This document shows, one piece after another, positions 50,301-59,525 of a DNA stretch of 64,000 bases. The stretch covers positions 96,001 through 160,000 of IMG/VR virus record IMGVR_UViG_3300047159_000056; one strand, given 5' to 3'. Below the pieces are notes generated by a model. That model made no database searches, was not told where the DNA came from, and worked only from the letters and a program-made list of their open reading frames with translations. The translations under genes and the position numbers were made by a program. The first letter of the stretch is position 1; the number at the start of each line of letters is the position of its first letter. The stretch is from a virus. Lineage: Duplodnaviria > Caudoviricetes.

Positions 50301-52033
50301 TCTGTACCTAGTGGGACGTCTATATTAGTAGTACCTATTATATCCGGTCTCTCTGTACCTAAGGAAACATCTATGTTGGTAGTTCCGATAATATTAGGTC
50401 TTTCACCATCTAGATTTGTTATACTATCATTTCCATTTCCAGGATCTAATTTTATAGATTCTGTTTTAAATTTATCAGAAACAGTAGTATCTAAGGTATC
50501 AGAATTTCCAGCACCTAATTTCTCTAAGGTTCCAGATATATTGTTATCCGATTCAGTATAATTCTCTACTTTTTCACTAGGTTCAGATCCAAGTTCTATA
50601 TCACTAGGCTTAGGTTCTATATCTATTAAGTTTGCCTTAAGAGAGTCTAAGTCTTGAGGATTTTCTATTTTTTCTACATCTGTACCTAGGGGAACATCAA
50701 TGTTAGTAGTACCTATTATATCCGGTCTCTCTGTACCTAAGGAAACATCTATGTTGGTAGTTCCGATAATATTAGGTCTTTCAGTACCTAGAGAAACATC
50801 TTTATCTTTTCCTACAACTTTTTCTAATTCTGTACCTAGGGAAGTATCTTTATTTGTTCCAACTATGTTTTCTAAGTCAGTACCTAAGGGAACATCTATA
50901 TTAGTAGTGCCCTCTATATTTTCCAAGATAGAATCTAAAGAAGTATCAGAAATAGAACCAACTATCTTTGATGCATCTGTTCCTAAGCTAGTATCCTTAA
51001 TTGAACCTAGGATAGAATCTTTTTCACTACTAAGACTTACTTCTTTCTTACCCGATTCATTAAGCTTTTGTAGTTCTTTTCCAAGTTCTGCATCGCTTGT
51101 CTCACCATTGATATTTTCTCTGATCCCGCTAAGTGAAGTTGTCTCATCTTTGGTATTGGAAACTTTATCGAGAAAGGAGGATAGTGAATCACCACTTTCT
51201 TCCCCTCCAATTATATTTTCTCTTTTACCTTCTAGACTAGGATCTTCTGACTTTCCAGTTATTTTCTCTAAGTCTGTTTCAAGAGCTGTTTCTGTTTGTT
51301 TACCTAAGACTTTATCTATAGTTCCAGATAATTCTTTGGGATCATTAAGTTTATTTTCTACTTTTTCTAAGTCTCCATCTAAGGAAGTTATCTTAGTATC
51401 TTTCCCTTCTATCCTAGTAACCCCTTTTTCGAGACTACTAGGGGAATGTGTACTTCCAATAAGCTCAGATGCACTAGAACTTTTAATTTCTTTCTCCGCT
51501 AAAGTCTCAGAACTCTTAGAATTTTTTATTTTTTCAATTTCTGATTCTAGAGTCTTTAACTTATCCTTTGAATTTATAATAGGAGAGACTTGTTCTGATA
51601 GTGTATTATCTTCCTTTGGTGAGAGTATTTCTTTAAACTTGCTAAGAGACTCAATATCTTTAGTACCAGGCTCTATATCCTCTAAGTTATTTCCTAGAGA
51701 AGGGTCTTTTCCTATATTTATATCAAGTCTCTTTCCTTCAAGTTTATCTATATTTTTATTAGAGGCTATCCACTCTTTTTCACTAACTAATTTGGAAACC
51801 TCTTTACCACCTTTATTTAAGACTTCTAATTTATCACTAAGGCTATTTATTTCCTTAATGGAACCGTATCTTCTTCCACTTACCTCTAGATTATCCTTTC
51901 CGAGTTCAGTGTGTTCATCTACTAGTTCTCTATTTTTCTTTAAATATTTACTAAGGGCTAGTATTTCCTCTGGTTTTGTAAATCTATCACAACCTGTCTG
52001 GATCTTATTTTCTTTTCTAATTTCTGTATCCAT
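47360..52033 (-). CDS. Giant acidic repeat protein with C-terminal tube-fold-like domain
   Basis: 1557 aa; many 16-17-aa repeats (GTERENIIGTTNIDVPL; DKESPLSTFLDDVIG); C-terminal ELRLTIADDQYKSWRTYF resembles tube-family proteins. Confidence 0.7.
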   Translation of the reverse strand: MDTEIRKENKIQTGCDRFTKPEEILALSKYLKKNRELVDEHTELGKDNLEVSGRRYGSIKEINSLSDKLEVLNKGGKEVSKLVSEKEWIASNKNIDKLEGKRLDINIGKDPSLGNNLEDIEPGTKDIESLSKFKEILSPKEDNTLSEQVSPIINSKDKLKTLESEIEKIKNSKSSETLAEKEIKSSSASELIGSTHSPSSLEKGVTRIEGKDTKITSLDGDLEKVENKLNDPKELSGTIDKVLGKQTETALETDLEKITGKSEDPSLEGKRENIIGGEESGDSLSSFLDKVSNTKDETTSLSGIRENINGETSDAELGKELQKLNESGKKEVSLSSEKDSILGSIKDTSLGTDASKIVGSISDTSLDSILENIEGTTNIDVPLGTDLENIVGTNKDTSLGTELEKVVGKDKDVSLGTERPNIIGTTNIDVSLGTERPDIIGTTNIDVPLGTDVEKIENPQDLDSLKANLIDIEPKPSDIELGSEPSEKVENYTESDNNISGTLEKLGAGNSDTLDTTVSDKFKTESIKLDPGNGNDSITNLDGERPNIIGTTNIDVSLGTERPDIIGTTNIDVPLGTERENIIGTTNIDVPLGTERENIIGTTNIDVPLGTEREDIIGTTNIDVPLGTEVENLLGEDKESPLSDYVSKIDPGEDPSLEGNVEKVQGDSNDPSSLSTKLEPVDNYVESNNPLSTDLENISQSTTSGTNPDEATLSTDLEDIIGGDKESPLSTFLDDVIGSDKDSPLSDKLEDVIGEDKESPLSTFLDDVIDTDKHTINPGDETNKATDSGLSTTLIDATKDDTSKLNTNGEADHGQFENISDGQLYDTRLGVKDIDKETPIDSLSSTLVDASKDDTSKTNLGGNFKRDSETDTTRDDFTHTGFQDKLDKSYEKVDKATNGTLDEDFLKDKVNSYSPEDVKTGLENKDKPRLDTGKDKSEEELLETITSRNVDEAVRPKVISPANDEEKELEKVFNSRDNLDSYYDNLLHFADNKNLDTGWASKVKTLMSRYLSGGELTQDKVEQFESELFGTIIRDQGTVQMAKYKLNVSWSNALSASTYLRWLAEKSVSWIPGKSGTWALGSKPGDTTTNIREEALDTVLMALVAARRVSEVASKSNRDRLPGKDSGVIQNLAQSGDVVLAGKRALSSIISSVKKSASSSSMVDTEAPLNRPQKKTPTEGWEYGNNRINTSIHDTKHSNVTDTSITTSVAKTSFFKKVINAAKAALGKGLLGYIPETPYTFHENYISSWGMTTTLQELCGSYPSDIKSVEDLKDTLKNSLFSTTVDKFSTSNANIAKGGRVYTLDDNSFWEIVFDPFVGYENAYYSYLPSIDEINVWNMVHYGVNTDYNKWIPFTSFDLSKSKMNSKSLGLYDGEINYPISMEYTNELRLTIADDQYKSWRTYFERCADASVYSSEPHDQGYYGYSNGNYTPVKLRALTSIDKSFICPALYKNVTFRCIIYSLTPQLETISKYDLLVVLRDFSEERSGDIDPGGSDLNLTFSIVGENPREAISVGKIGSMKSIFSKASNEAKKERESFNTKSILNKTSSLPKIKNIL
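49730..49895. repeat. 48-bp coding repeats (DKESPLSTFLDDVIG type)
   Basis: aagaaagtactaagtggagactcttt occurs at about 49740 and 49836 (96 bp apart), with a variant unit between. Confidence 0.75.
50151..50405. repeat. Five tandem 51-bp coding repeats (17 aa)
   Basis: Unit approximately tctgtacctaagggaacatctatattagtagtaccaataatattctctcgc; related units continue at 50681-50920; 50325..50405 is identical to 50703..50783 (81 bp). Confidence 0.9.
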
Positions 52034-52036
52034 ACA

Positions 52037-52483
52037 CTATTCATCCAACGTTTCAGCAAGACTCATTAAGGTATAGTAATAAATTACATCTGCCGTCTCT
52101 GAGTATCCCTGTTTTTGTGTTATTTTAAATCTATAGGTTCTTTTCTCTCTAGTATATTGAAGTTCATCTCCAACCTCAAGAGAACCATCATTTGTTATGG
52201 ATTCTATACTATCTCTGTTTCGATTCCATACATCTCTCATTTCCCCTAGATTTATAATTAGTTTAGTTGTAAATTGATCATAATCATTTTCCAGAGTACT
52301 ATCAGAAGAATATGTTCCTCCAAAGACTTGTTTCCATTTAGAATTATCTTTTGGTCTGAGTACCACAAAGTCTGTTCCTATTAAGTATAACTGAATCTTA
52401 ATGGCCTTCATTCCTATTGAGTAAAGTTTATTGGCTTTATCTAATTGGGAATTAACCATTCCTTCTTTTCCCCCTGTTGTCAT
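52037..52483 (-). CDS. Possible head-tail joining/closure protein
   Basis: 148 aa with LEVGDEL.Y..RFKIT beta-barrel-like pattern in the structural cluster; function inferred from context. Confidence 0.35.
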   Translation of the reverse strand: MTTGGKEGMVNSQLDKANKLYSIGMKAIKIQLYLIGTDFVVLRPKDNSKWKQVFGGTYSSDSTLENDYDQFTTKLIINLGEMRDVWNRNRDSIESITNDGSLEVGDELQYTREKRTYRFKITQKQGYSETADVIYYYTLMSLAETLDE

Positions 52484-52485
52484 AA

Positions 52486-52872
52486 TTATTTCTTAAGATT
52501 TATATCCACAATAGAACAAAACCCCTCAAGTTCTATAATTTTCTTAACTAAGCCAAGAATATCTTCATACTTTAAGGTTCCATTCATTGTCATAAGTAGC
52601 ATAGTTCTTGTTGCATTCCCAGTATTTGTTCTTATGAATCTATTTGCACTTCTAATATAGTCATCTATATCATATTGATCGTAGTCCATATCTTCGGGAA
52701 TATATATCTTTATGCCATCTTTCACTCTTTGATCTGGAATAATACTAATTGTGTCAGTAGGGATTTTTCCAACTACTTCATAATCTTCTATCTTTTCCTT
52801 ATCCAGATCCCTAACTAATTTATCTATCATTGCTCCAGATGAGTAAGAATATATTTTTTCTAAGATCATCAT
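52486..52872 (-). CDS. KxFS-leader (variant) protein
   Basis: MMILEKIYS; resembles 63034..63417 (LDKEKIEDY vs LDDERIGY). Confidence 0.6.
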   Translation of the reverse strand: MMILEKIYSYSSGAMIDKLVRDLDKEKIEDYEVVGKIPTDTISIIPDQRVKDGIKIYIPEDMDYDQYDIDDYIRSANRFIRTNTGNATRTMLLMTMNGTLKYEDILGLVKKIIELEGFCSIVDINLKK

Positions 52873-54164
52873 TTTTCAAATATATTAGGTTTCTCTCCAC
52901 TAGACATAAGTTTCTTTAAGACAAAATCAAACTCATTTCTGTTTTGAATACAATATGTATATACTGTAGCTTTACCAATAGTGGACTTTTTTACTTTTCC
53001 ACCAATTAATCCTTTAAATGATTTTTCTACTTTTTCTTCTTCCTTACTTCCACTAACTACTGAAACCATAAAAACTCCAGATACTAGAGAAATATTAATA
53101 GGACATTTAGTATCACCAATTGTATAATTAAATCCCTCAATATAATGTAAGTTGCCTAATCTTGATTTTAGAAATTCGTTATTAAAGTCCTGTGCTCTTG
53201 CTGGGAGACCTGCTTTAATTGCTTCATCGTTTCTAAGTTTACTAACACCAGAGTTTAGCATTTCAATTACTGATTCAGAAATAGCTTCTTTAGGACCACC
53301 TCCAAAACCAAAACCTCCTACTAAACTACCAATACCATTAGAAATAATTTTAATGATATCGTATTTATTCAATCTTCCAAGTCCACCAACATTAAAGCTA
53401 AAGGTTTTTTCTTGATCACTTCCATCTCCCCCAGCTAAGTTTTCTTGATTTGGATATTGAAAATTAGTAGATGCATCCTCTAATCTTCTAGATATAATTG
53501 CGTTATTATCAAGAAGATTAATTCTAGTTCCAAGTGTACTGCTAAGCTCCATTATAAAGTTACATATCACCTGATAATTAGTAAAGGTTATATCTACTGC
53601 ATAGGCCAAAGCTCTAGCATTTATTACTTTAGAGCTATATTCCATACTAAAATATTTCTTGCAATAATAGTCTAGAGTCTTATCTACTTTGTTAAATTCA
53701 TCTTTAGTTAAGCCAAATGTATATAAGGTAACTGTATTGTCGTGAATAGCTATGTTAATTTTATATTTAGAAACATCCCTATCGTTAAATTCAAATTTCT
53801 CACTTATATTAGCTCTTCTATCTATACTATCTCCAACAGTGATGCCAGATACTTGATAAACTCCAAATTGTCTTCTAATGGCTTTATCAACTTCCTGATA
53901 TTTAACATGATTCATTGGCTTGTGAAGATAATTAACAAAGAATTTAGCTGCTATACCAGATAGAAAACCAGCCTTAGCTCCAGTTATTGCATCGCTTATA
54001 ATATGACCATCTCTGGATATTCCACCAACTAAGCCACCAATTCCAGCTCCTGCAAAAGTTCCCTTCGCTGCTAGTTCTGCTGCTCCAGGTATGTCTTCCA
54101 TATCTTTAGGACCAGTATAGTGTCCCTCGGGTATAGTATAATTTTTTATTCTAAACTTAATCAT
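52869..54164 (-). CDS. KxFS-leader two-unit glycine-zipper protein
   Basis: MIKFRIKNYT; glycine zipper plus domain; internal QEKTFS followed by a second Gly-rich segment and a domain resembling 58821..59507. Confidence 0.75.
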   Translation of the reverse strand: MIKFRIKNYTIPEGHYTGPKDMEDIPGAAELAAKGTFAGAGIGGLVGGISRDGHIISDAITGAKAGFLSGIAAKFFVNYLHKPMNHVKYQEVDKAIRRQFGVYQVSGITVGDSIDRRANISEKFEFNDRDVSKYKINIAIHDNTVTLYTFGLTKDEFNKVDKTLDYYCKKYFSMEYSSKVINARALAYAVDITFTNYQVICNFIMELSSTLGTRINLLDNNAIISRRLEDASTNFQYPNQENLAGGDGSDQEKTFSFNVGGLGRLNKYDIIKIISNGIGSLVGGFGFGGGPKEAISESVIEMLNSGVSKLRNDEAIKAGLPARAQDFNNEFLKSRLGNLHYIEGFNYTIGDTKCPINISLVSGVFMVSVVSGSKEEEKVEKSFKGLIGGKVKKSTIGKATVYTYCIQNRNEFDFVLKKLMSSGEKPNIFEK

Positions 54165-54173
54165 AATATATAT

Positions 54174-54800
54174 TTATCTTCTTACAGGTACCATTCCAGT
54201 TGGTACACTCATCCTACCATATCCACTTTCCATAGTATTACCTATAGACTTAATGGTTGTCTTATTATTTCTTAGAGATTTGCTAAAGTTAGTTTTGCCA
54301 TACCTATCAGATACTTTTTTCATAGCCCTAATGGCTCTATTTGGCATAAGAGGAACTTTTTGAACTACTGGAATTGCTGCACTATAACCAGGAGCAGTTA
54401 ATGCAGCGCCAACAGGACCACCAATAGCTAAACCAACTGGAGTAGTTACTTGAGATGCAGCAGCTACTATTGCTACGTCAGGTCTTTGTATAGCAGTCTT
54501 TATTCCATTATCAACTACTCTTCCTATTGGAGTATTAACTACATTATTTACTCCTTGTTTTATTTCTACTGCTTCCCTATTAAGAGCCACTCCCTTTTTA
54601 GGAGAAAATCTAAATGCATCCGCAGGACTATTAACTGGCCTCTTTCCAAACATCCCTTTTACAGTTCTTTTGACAGAATCTCCAGCTCTTAAACCAGCAT
54701 TATCTATCTTAGTCATGGTATTAGAATTGGCTAGTTTTCTATATTGTCTTACTAATCTTAGCGATTTGCTAGAATAAGTTTTATCTCGTAATATTATCAT
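54174..54800 (-). CDS. KxFS-leader basic membrane-associated protein
   Basis: MIILRDKTYS; paralogue of 54807..55421 (MTKIDNAGL, VVNTPIG.VVD.GI, RPDVA, VQK.PL). Confidence 0.75.
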   Translation of the reverse strand: MIILRDKTYSSKSLRLVRQYRKLANSNTMTKIDNAGLRAGDSVKRTVKGMFGKRPVNSPADAFRFSPKKGVALNREAVEIKQGVNNVVNTPIGRVVDNGIKTAIQRPDVAIVAAASQVTTPVGLAIGGPVGAALTAPGYSAAIPVVQKVPLMPNRAIRAMKKVSDRYGKTNFSKSLRNNKTTIKSIGNTMESGYGRMSVPTGMVPVRR

Positions 54801-54806
54801 AATTTT

Positions 54807-55421
54807 TTAATATGCTACAGAATTAGGTATAAATCCAGTGGACATAGGCATATGAGAAGCTCCTTTACTAATTCCTTGTCCTATAGTCTTTAAAGAAGCT
54901 TGACTATTATTTAATGTCTTACTCATACCAGTCTGACTATATTTTGTTGCTAATTTATCTAAAGAACCAAGGGCTTTCTTTGGAAGAAGTGGATGTTTCT
55001 GTACAAAACCAGCTGCCGCTTCTAAAGGTGCAGCACTCATGGCAACTCCAGTAGTTCCTCCAACAATTCCTGGGGTTAATTCAGCCGCTACTAAGGTTCC
55101 AGCTACATCTGGTCTTCTAATGGTTGCTTGTATACCTTTGTCAACCACACCACCAATAGGAGTATTAACTACCTTAGACGCTGTATTTTTCATACCAATA
55201 GTTTCTCTCCCGATTTGAGTTGCAGATTTTGGAGCTAATTTCTCAAGCTTATTCAATGGACGCCCACCACCTCGAATTGTATTTTGTAATGCCTTATTTG
55301 TTGCTAGACCGGCATTATCTATCTTAGTCATGGCTTTATTCGCCACAGTTTTTGCGCCAGCTATTAGTTTTGTAAGGGCAGCTGAGTATTCCTTTTGTTC
55401 TTTATGTCTTAGTAGTATCAT
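54807..55421 (-). CDS. KxFS-leader basic membrane-associated protein
   Basis: MILLRHKEQKEYS; paralogue of 54174..54800. Confidence 0.75.
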   Translation of the reverse strand: MILLRHKEQKEYSAALTKLIAGAKTVANKAMTKIDNAGLATNKALQNTIRGGGRPLNKLEKLAPKSATQIGRETIGMKNTASKVVNTPIGGVVDKGIQATIRRPDVAGTLVAAELTPGIVGGTTGVAMSAAPLEAAAGFVQKHPLLPKKALGSLDKLATKYSQTGMSKTLNNSQASLKTIGQGISKGASHMPMSTGFIPNSVAY

Positions 55422-55427
55422 AGTTAT

Positions 55428-56198
55428 TTACATTAAGAGTTCGCCATACCAACCAGACTGTAGGGCATATTGATCACATCTACCCCTTAATTCCTGATAA
55501 GCACTATCTATATTTGCTAATATATCAACAGCAATGTTAGTTATATTAATACTTGCTTTTAATTGTCTAATATAATCAAAAATATTCATCATGATTAAGT
55601 CAAGAAAGTAATTACCTCTAGCTCCGCCATCTTCTACATTCATCCAATAAATAGCACTAGTTTCTGAATCCTCATTAAATTCCTTTACCTTATCACTTTT
55701 CCAGTCAGGTACTATAGGTCTAGAACATATTGCCCTAAGATAAAATTCATCGGGAAGATTAGATATAAAAAGATATGGTCTCTGATAGTCTAAGCAAGTT
55801 TCATAAGATAATGCTTGTGGATATGATGCTGTACCTCCAAAAGATGAGTAAGTTACACCATTACTAGATATTCTCCACATAGGTATAGCATTAGGAACAA
55901 GAATAATTTGATGTTCCGATATCATACATTTTAAGTAAAGTAAAAAATTAGATTTAACCTCACCATAACCCTCACGTCCAAAACAAGTTCCCAGTTGACT
56001 CTTGTTAACAGGCATTTCTAGAATAAGAGGACAAGTTATTTCAAATTCTCTTAGGGACTTCTTTATAATTTCTAGAATGATCTCATCTGCTGTAAGATAG
56101 TCATTTAGTCCAAGTATATCTTCAAGTCCGCTTAATGATATAAGGCTTGATCTTATAAATATTTTCTTCTTAAGATCTACTAGAAGTGTTTTTTCCAT
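55428..56198 (-). CDS. Putative neck/head-tail adaptor (T4 gp13-like)
   Basis: Helical N- and C-termini (LKKKIFIR..IILEIIKKSLREF; IDSAYQEL) around a beta insert; adjacent to the sheath gene; weak support. Confidence 0.4.
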   Translation of the reverse strand: MEKTLLVDLKKKIFIRSSLISLSGLEDILGLNDYLTADEIILEIIKKSLREFEITCPLILEMPVNKSQLGTCFGREGYGEVKSNFLLYLKCMISEHQIILVPNAIPMWRISSNGVTYSSFGGTASYPQALSYETCLDYQRPYLFISNLPDEFYLRAICSRPIVPDWKSDKVKEFNEDSETSAIYWMNVEDGGARGNYFLDLIMMNIFDYIRQLKASINITNIAVDILANIDSAYQELRGRCDQYALQSGWYGELLM

Positions 56199-56220
56199 AC
56201 TTAATCTATAAATTAAAAAT

Positions 56221-56258
56221 AGAGTAATACCCCATAAATCAATATGAGATATTACCCC
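56221..56258 (-). terminator. Rho-independent terminator-like hairpin after the sheath gene
   Basis: GGGGTAATATCTCATA-TTGATT-TATGGGGTATTACTCT: 16 fully paired positions including four G-U, followed by ATTTTT. Confidence 0.75.
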
Positions 56259-56270
56259 AAAAAGTATATA

Positions 56271-58788
56271 TTAAATTTGTCCAGTAAATGCAAGACCCAT
56301 ATCCAAAGCTTCATTGTAAACCTCAATGAACTTAAGACTTCTATTGAATCTGACTTCTATTAGAACTTTCATCCTGTTTGCTCTCTTATCCTCGTCTGTA
56401 TTTAGATCTGCGATTGTAATTCTATAATCGTCAATCGTGTACTGCATCGGTAGGATATTCTGAATAAACCAGTAATCGATCACACTATATGCATCAGAAT
56501 AAAGAGTATCCGTAATATGTCTTCCATGGAATTGACGTAACAGTCTTGGCATTGATTTACTAATTCTAATCATAAGTCTAGAATTACCATCTTCGTCAAG
56601 GATATTATTTTCACTTTCCTTTGTATAGGCATCATTCATAACCCAAGTCTGAATTTGAGTATCCCACATTACTGTATTGATTCTCTTAGAGAGTAGAAGC
56701 TGTCTTTGTCTCTTATTAAATTCAACAACAGGAGACTGCATCTGTGCAACTGCTCTCTGACCAAACATAGACATGAACTCTCTATCAAGTCCTCTATTTC
56801 TATTAACTGATTCCCAATAGATTGTTGAAGGAGCTGCATAGAACTTAAATCCTACTGTGCCAGTATCAACATCCCAAGGAGCTGAGCAATATAATTTATA
56901 GTGGTCTTTAGCCAATCTATTTACTGAGTTTGCAATAGCTAGATAGTTAGTACTATTTACAGTAGAAGCTGCATAGAAGTAGTTACTATTAATAGCCATG
57001 TTAGCCATATAAGACTGGAAAATGCCATTAGTATTTCCAAGGTCTGCTAATCCTTCTGTCTGATATACCTCGTCATCATCAATCTTATCGAGAGCTTTGA
57101 GAAGGTTAATATCAGTTACATTCAAGATATCATACTTAGTTGGATTGATGCTAAGATCAACATAGATTTCCTCAGGTTCAACATCAGTTACCACCTTATA
57201 CTGATAATAAGTTCCAGCAACGTCAGTACCAATCTTAGCGTAATCTCCTTCTTTAGGATTAGTTACAACAGTTGTTAGTTCTGTTTGAGAAGTTGCAGTA
57301 TAGCTAATTGTACCAGAAGCTGTAGTGATATCAGTTAGAGTCGTAGGAACCCACTGTCCACTTGTATACTTAAGATATGTTGCGTTAACTTTACCAACTA
57401 GAGCATAATCACCTTCTTTTGGATTAGTAATATTAGCCAGAGTCTTCCTTAGTTGATACTGCATTCCCATCAGCAATTGTTACACCTGTTGGAGCCGTAG
57501 TAAGAGCAACCCATCCTGTTTTCTTGTCATCAGATACATAGCCATAATAGTCAAGACCTAAGTCTAACATATTATCTGGCAGCTGAACCTGGATCATATT
57601 TAAGAGAGCATTAAGTTCTGCCTCTGTCATATCTCCACGACCAGTGATCTTACCAACATTATAATATTCAGGAATTCCACTTACACTAGGATCTAAGATA
57701 GCTAGCTCATAGAAGTCACGATCAGTAATTGTTGTGCTTAAGACACCACCATTAGCTGCCTTGCTCTTTGCATATGTAGCCAGGACTGATTCTAGTACAA
57801 TATAAGGAGAGTCACCACCAGCATCTGCACTATTTGTACTTAGTTCTTTTGTAACTACTGCATCATGATTGAATCTACGAATTCTAAGCTTAAGATCGCT
57901 ACTAGAATTATAAGCATTAGTTGCATAATTAGGAACATCATCAAAAGAAGATACTGTTACTAAGTCAACTAAGTGCTGATTCTTATTTGTTTCATAAGTC
58001 CAATCAGGTTCACAGATAACTACATAAGATACACCATTAGGGCATCTTGAATCAGTTGTATCAAGGAAGTCCGAGCCAATGTAAACTTCACTAAAGATTA
58101 CACTAGTTGCTGCTGTTGTAACTGAACCGTCTGCATTAATAGCAATTTCTGAAGTACCCTTTTCGTCAGAGTAGAACTTATAGCTAGGTGAGAAGAACTT
58201 AGGAGAATCATTTAAGAAATCAACAAGTTCCTGAAGGTTCTGTACATAATAGTCATACTGAGCACCGGCATCAGTAGTTCTATTACCAATTACACCAACA
58301 TCACCAACTGCAAGACCCCAACCGTCTGTGCTATGTTCTGCGCTATCCTTATCTTCATCAACCACAATCTTGAAAGACTGAACTTTCTTAAGTAATTGAC
58401 CATCTTTTAGGATATATACATTTTTATCTGTCTTACTAAGTGGTTTAGCAAAGTAGATATTGTCACCTTTGAATGCTCTAACAATCAGCAAATTACCAGC
58501 ACCAGCTAATCTATAAGCATTAAGCCACATAGTAGATGCAACAGTGTCTTTACCATTTCCATACAGTGTATCAATAGCTGTCATATAATCTTCTGTTAAA
58601 TCTTTAGAAGCATATGTAGCCAAGAACTCTTTCTGGGATGTAATAAGTGTTGGAGTACTTGGACCAGCATCAGATACAATAGTACATCCGACAATTAGAT
58701 CTTCTCCAGCTGTAGGATTGATAGCAGCAGTTCTAATTTTCTCATGAACGTGAATATACGGTTCAAGAGTTTCTTTCCATTGTGCCAT
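56271..58788 (-). CDS. Major contractile tail sheath protein, split by a one-base insertion near 57440 (track ORFs 57433..58788 and 56271..57476)
   Basis: N-terminal EPYIHVHE..AGPSTPTLITSQKEF; C-terminal RINTV..NSRLMIRI..NRMKVLIEVRF..LKFIEV. Removing one base in GAA GAC TCT GGC TAA gives STKEDLANITNPKEGDYA, matching the downstream repeat TELTTVVTNPKEGDYA; 838 aa. Confidence 0.85.
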
Positions 58789-58820
58789 ATTTAATTTATT
58801 TCTTTCTTTTTATACATTAT

Positions 58821-59507
58821 TTAACCAACCTCTACTATATAAATGGGATAGCCAGACTTAATAAATGAATTAGCAATCTCTGATACTAGATCTGAATCAT
58901 TTGTCTTTCCTCCCGATATGGTAGATACAACTATTTCATTGAATTTATCTGACGTGGTATTTGTTTTAATCGCTCCATTAGGTACATTCTTAGAAATTTT
59001 GTCAGTTAATGTTTTTAGTTTATAGTCATTTACAGTATTAATTAAGATCTTTAGGTCATTACTGTATTTATAGATAGCAATGCATACCTTCGTCTTAAGT
59101 TCAGATGCAGCCTTGGGATCTCTTGTAAAATCAATTCCTTCTCTGAATCCTTTTCTCTTAAGATCTGAGATAATTTCTTTCATCATTCTATTATCTACAG
59201 TAGTTGACCTATTGAACTTTTCATTAATATCTCTAACAGCACCACATAAAGCTCCTAATGCTGCTCCAAGGATTAATCCACCACCAGTGATAGCTAAAGA
59301 TCTACGATTAAATCCTCCGCCCATTTGATCATTCTTCTCATTAGAATCTGTCTTTAGGTACTTACTGAGGAATGGTATCTTATCACCAAGACTAGTATGA
59401 CCTAGGACAGCAGAAGATAATGCTCCTGTAGCTGCACCAATCTTAGCCCCATTTAATGTATCAGAGATAATATGACTACTAAATTCTTTTGCTCTAAATT
59501 TAATCAT
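58821..59507 (-). CDS. KxFS-leader glycine-zipper protein
   Basis: MIKFRAKEFS; GAKIGAATGAL and GGGLILGAALGALCG. Confidence 0.75.
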   Translation of the reverse strand: MIKFRAKEFSSHIISDTLNGAKIGAATGALSSAVLGHTSLGDKIPFLSKYLKTDSNEKNDQMGGGFNRRSLAITGGGLILGAALGALCGAVRDINEKFNRSTTVDNRMMKEIISDLKRKGFREGIDFTRDPKAASELKTKVCIAIYKYSNDLKILINTVNDYKLKTLTDKISKNVPNGAIKTNTTSDKFNEIVVSTISGGKTNDSDLVSEIANSFIKSGYPIYIVEVG

Positions 59508-59525
59508 AGTCTTTTATACTAGGTA

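Noticed and set aside
50151-50920. Repeats as a possible CRISPR array
   Set aside because: Units are contiguous, multiples of 3, vary at synonymous positions, have no unique spacers and lie within a CDS
50700-52076. 458-aa plus-strand ORF (and 50226..50561, 49707..49937)
   Set aside because: Antisense shadows of the repeat-rich minus-strand gene; S/L/F-rich composition expected from reverse-complemented codons
21322-58788. Bacterial eCIS/tailocin/T6SS locus rather than phage
   Set aside because: Very long tape measure, neck-like genes, T4-like chaperone, phage-type accessory genes and no flanking host genes favour a large phage, although capsid and terminase genes are not in this window
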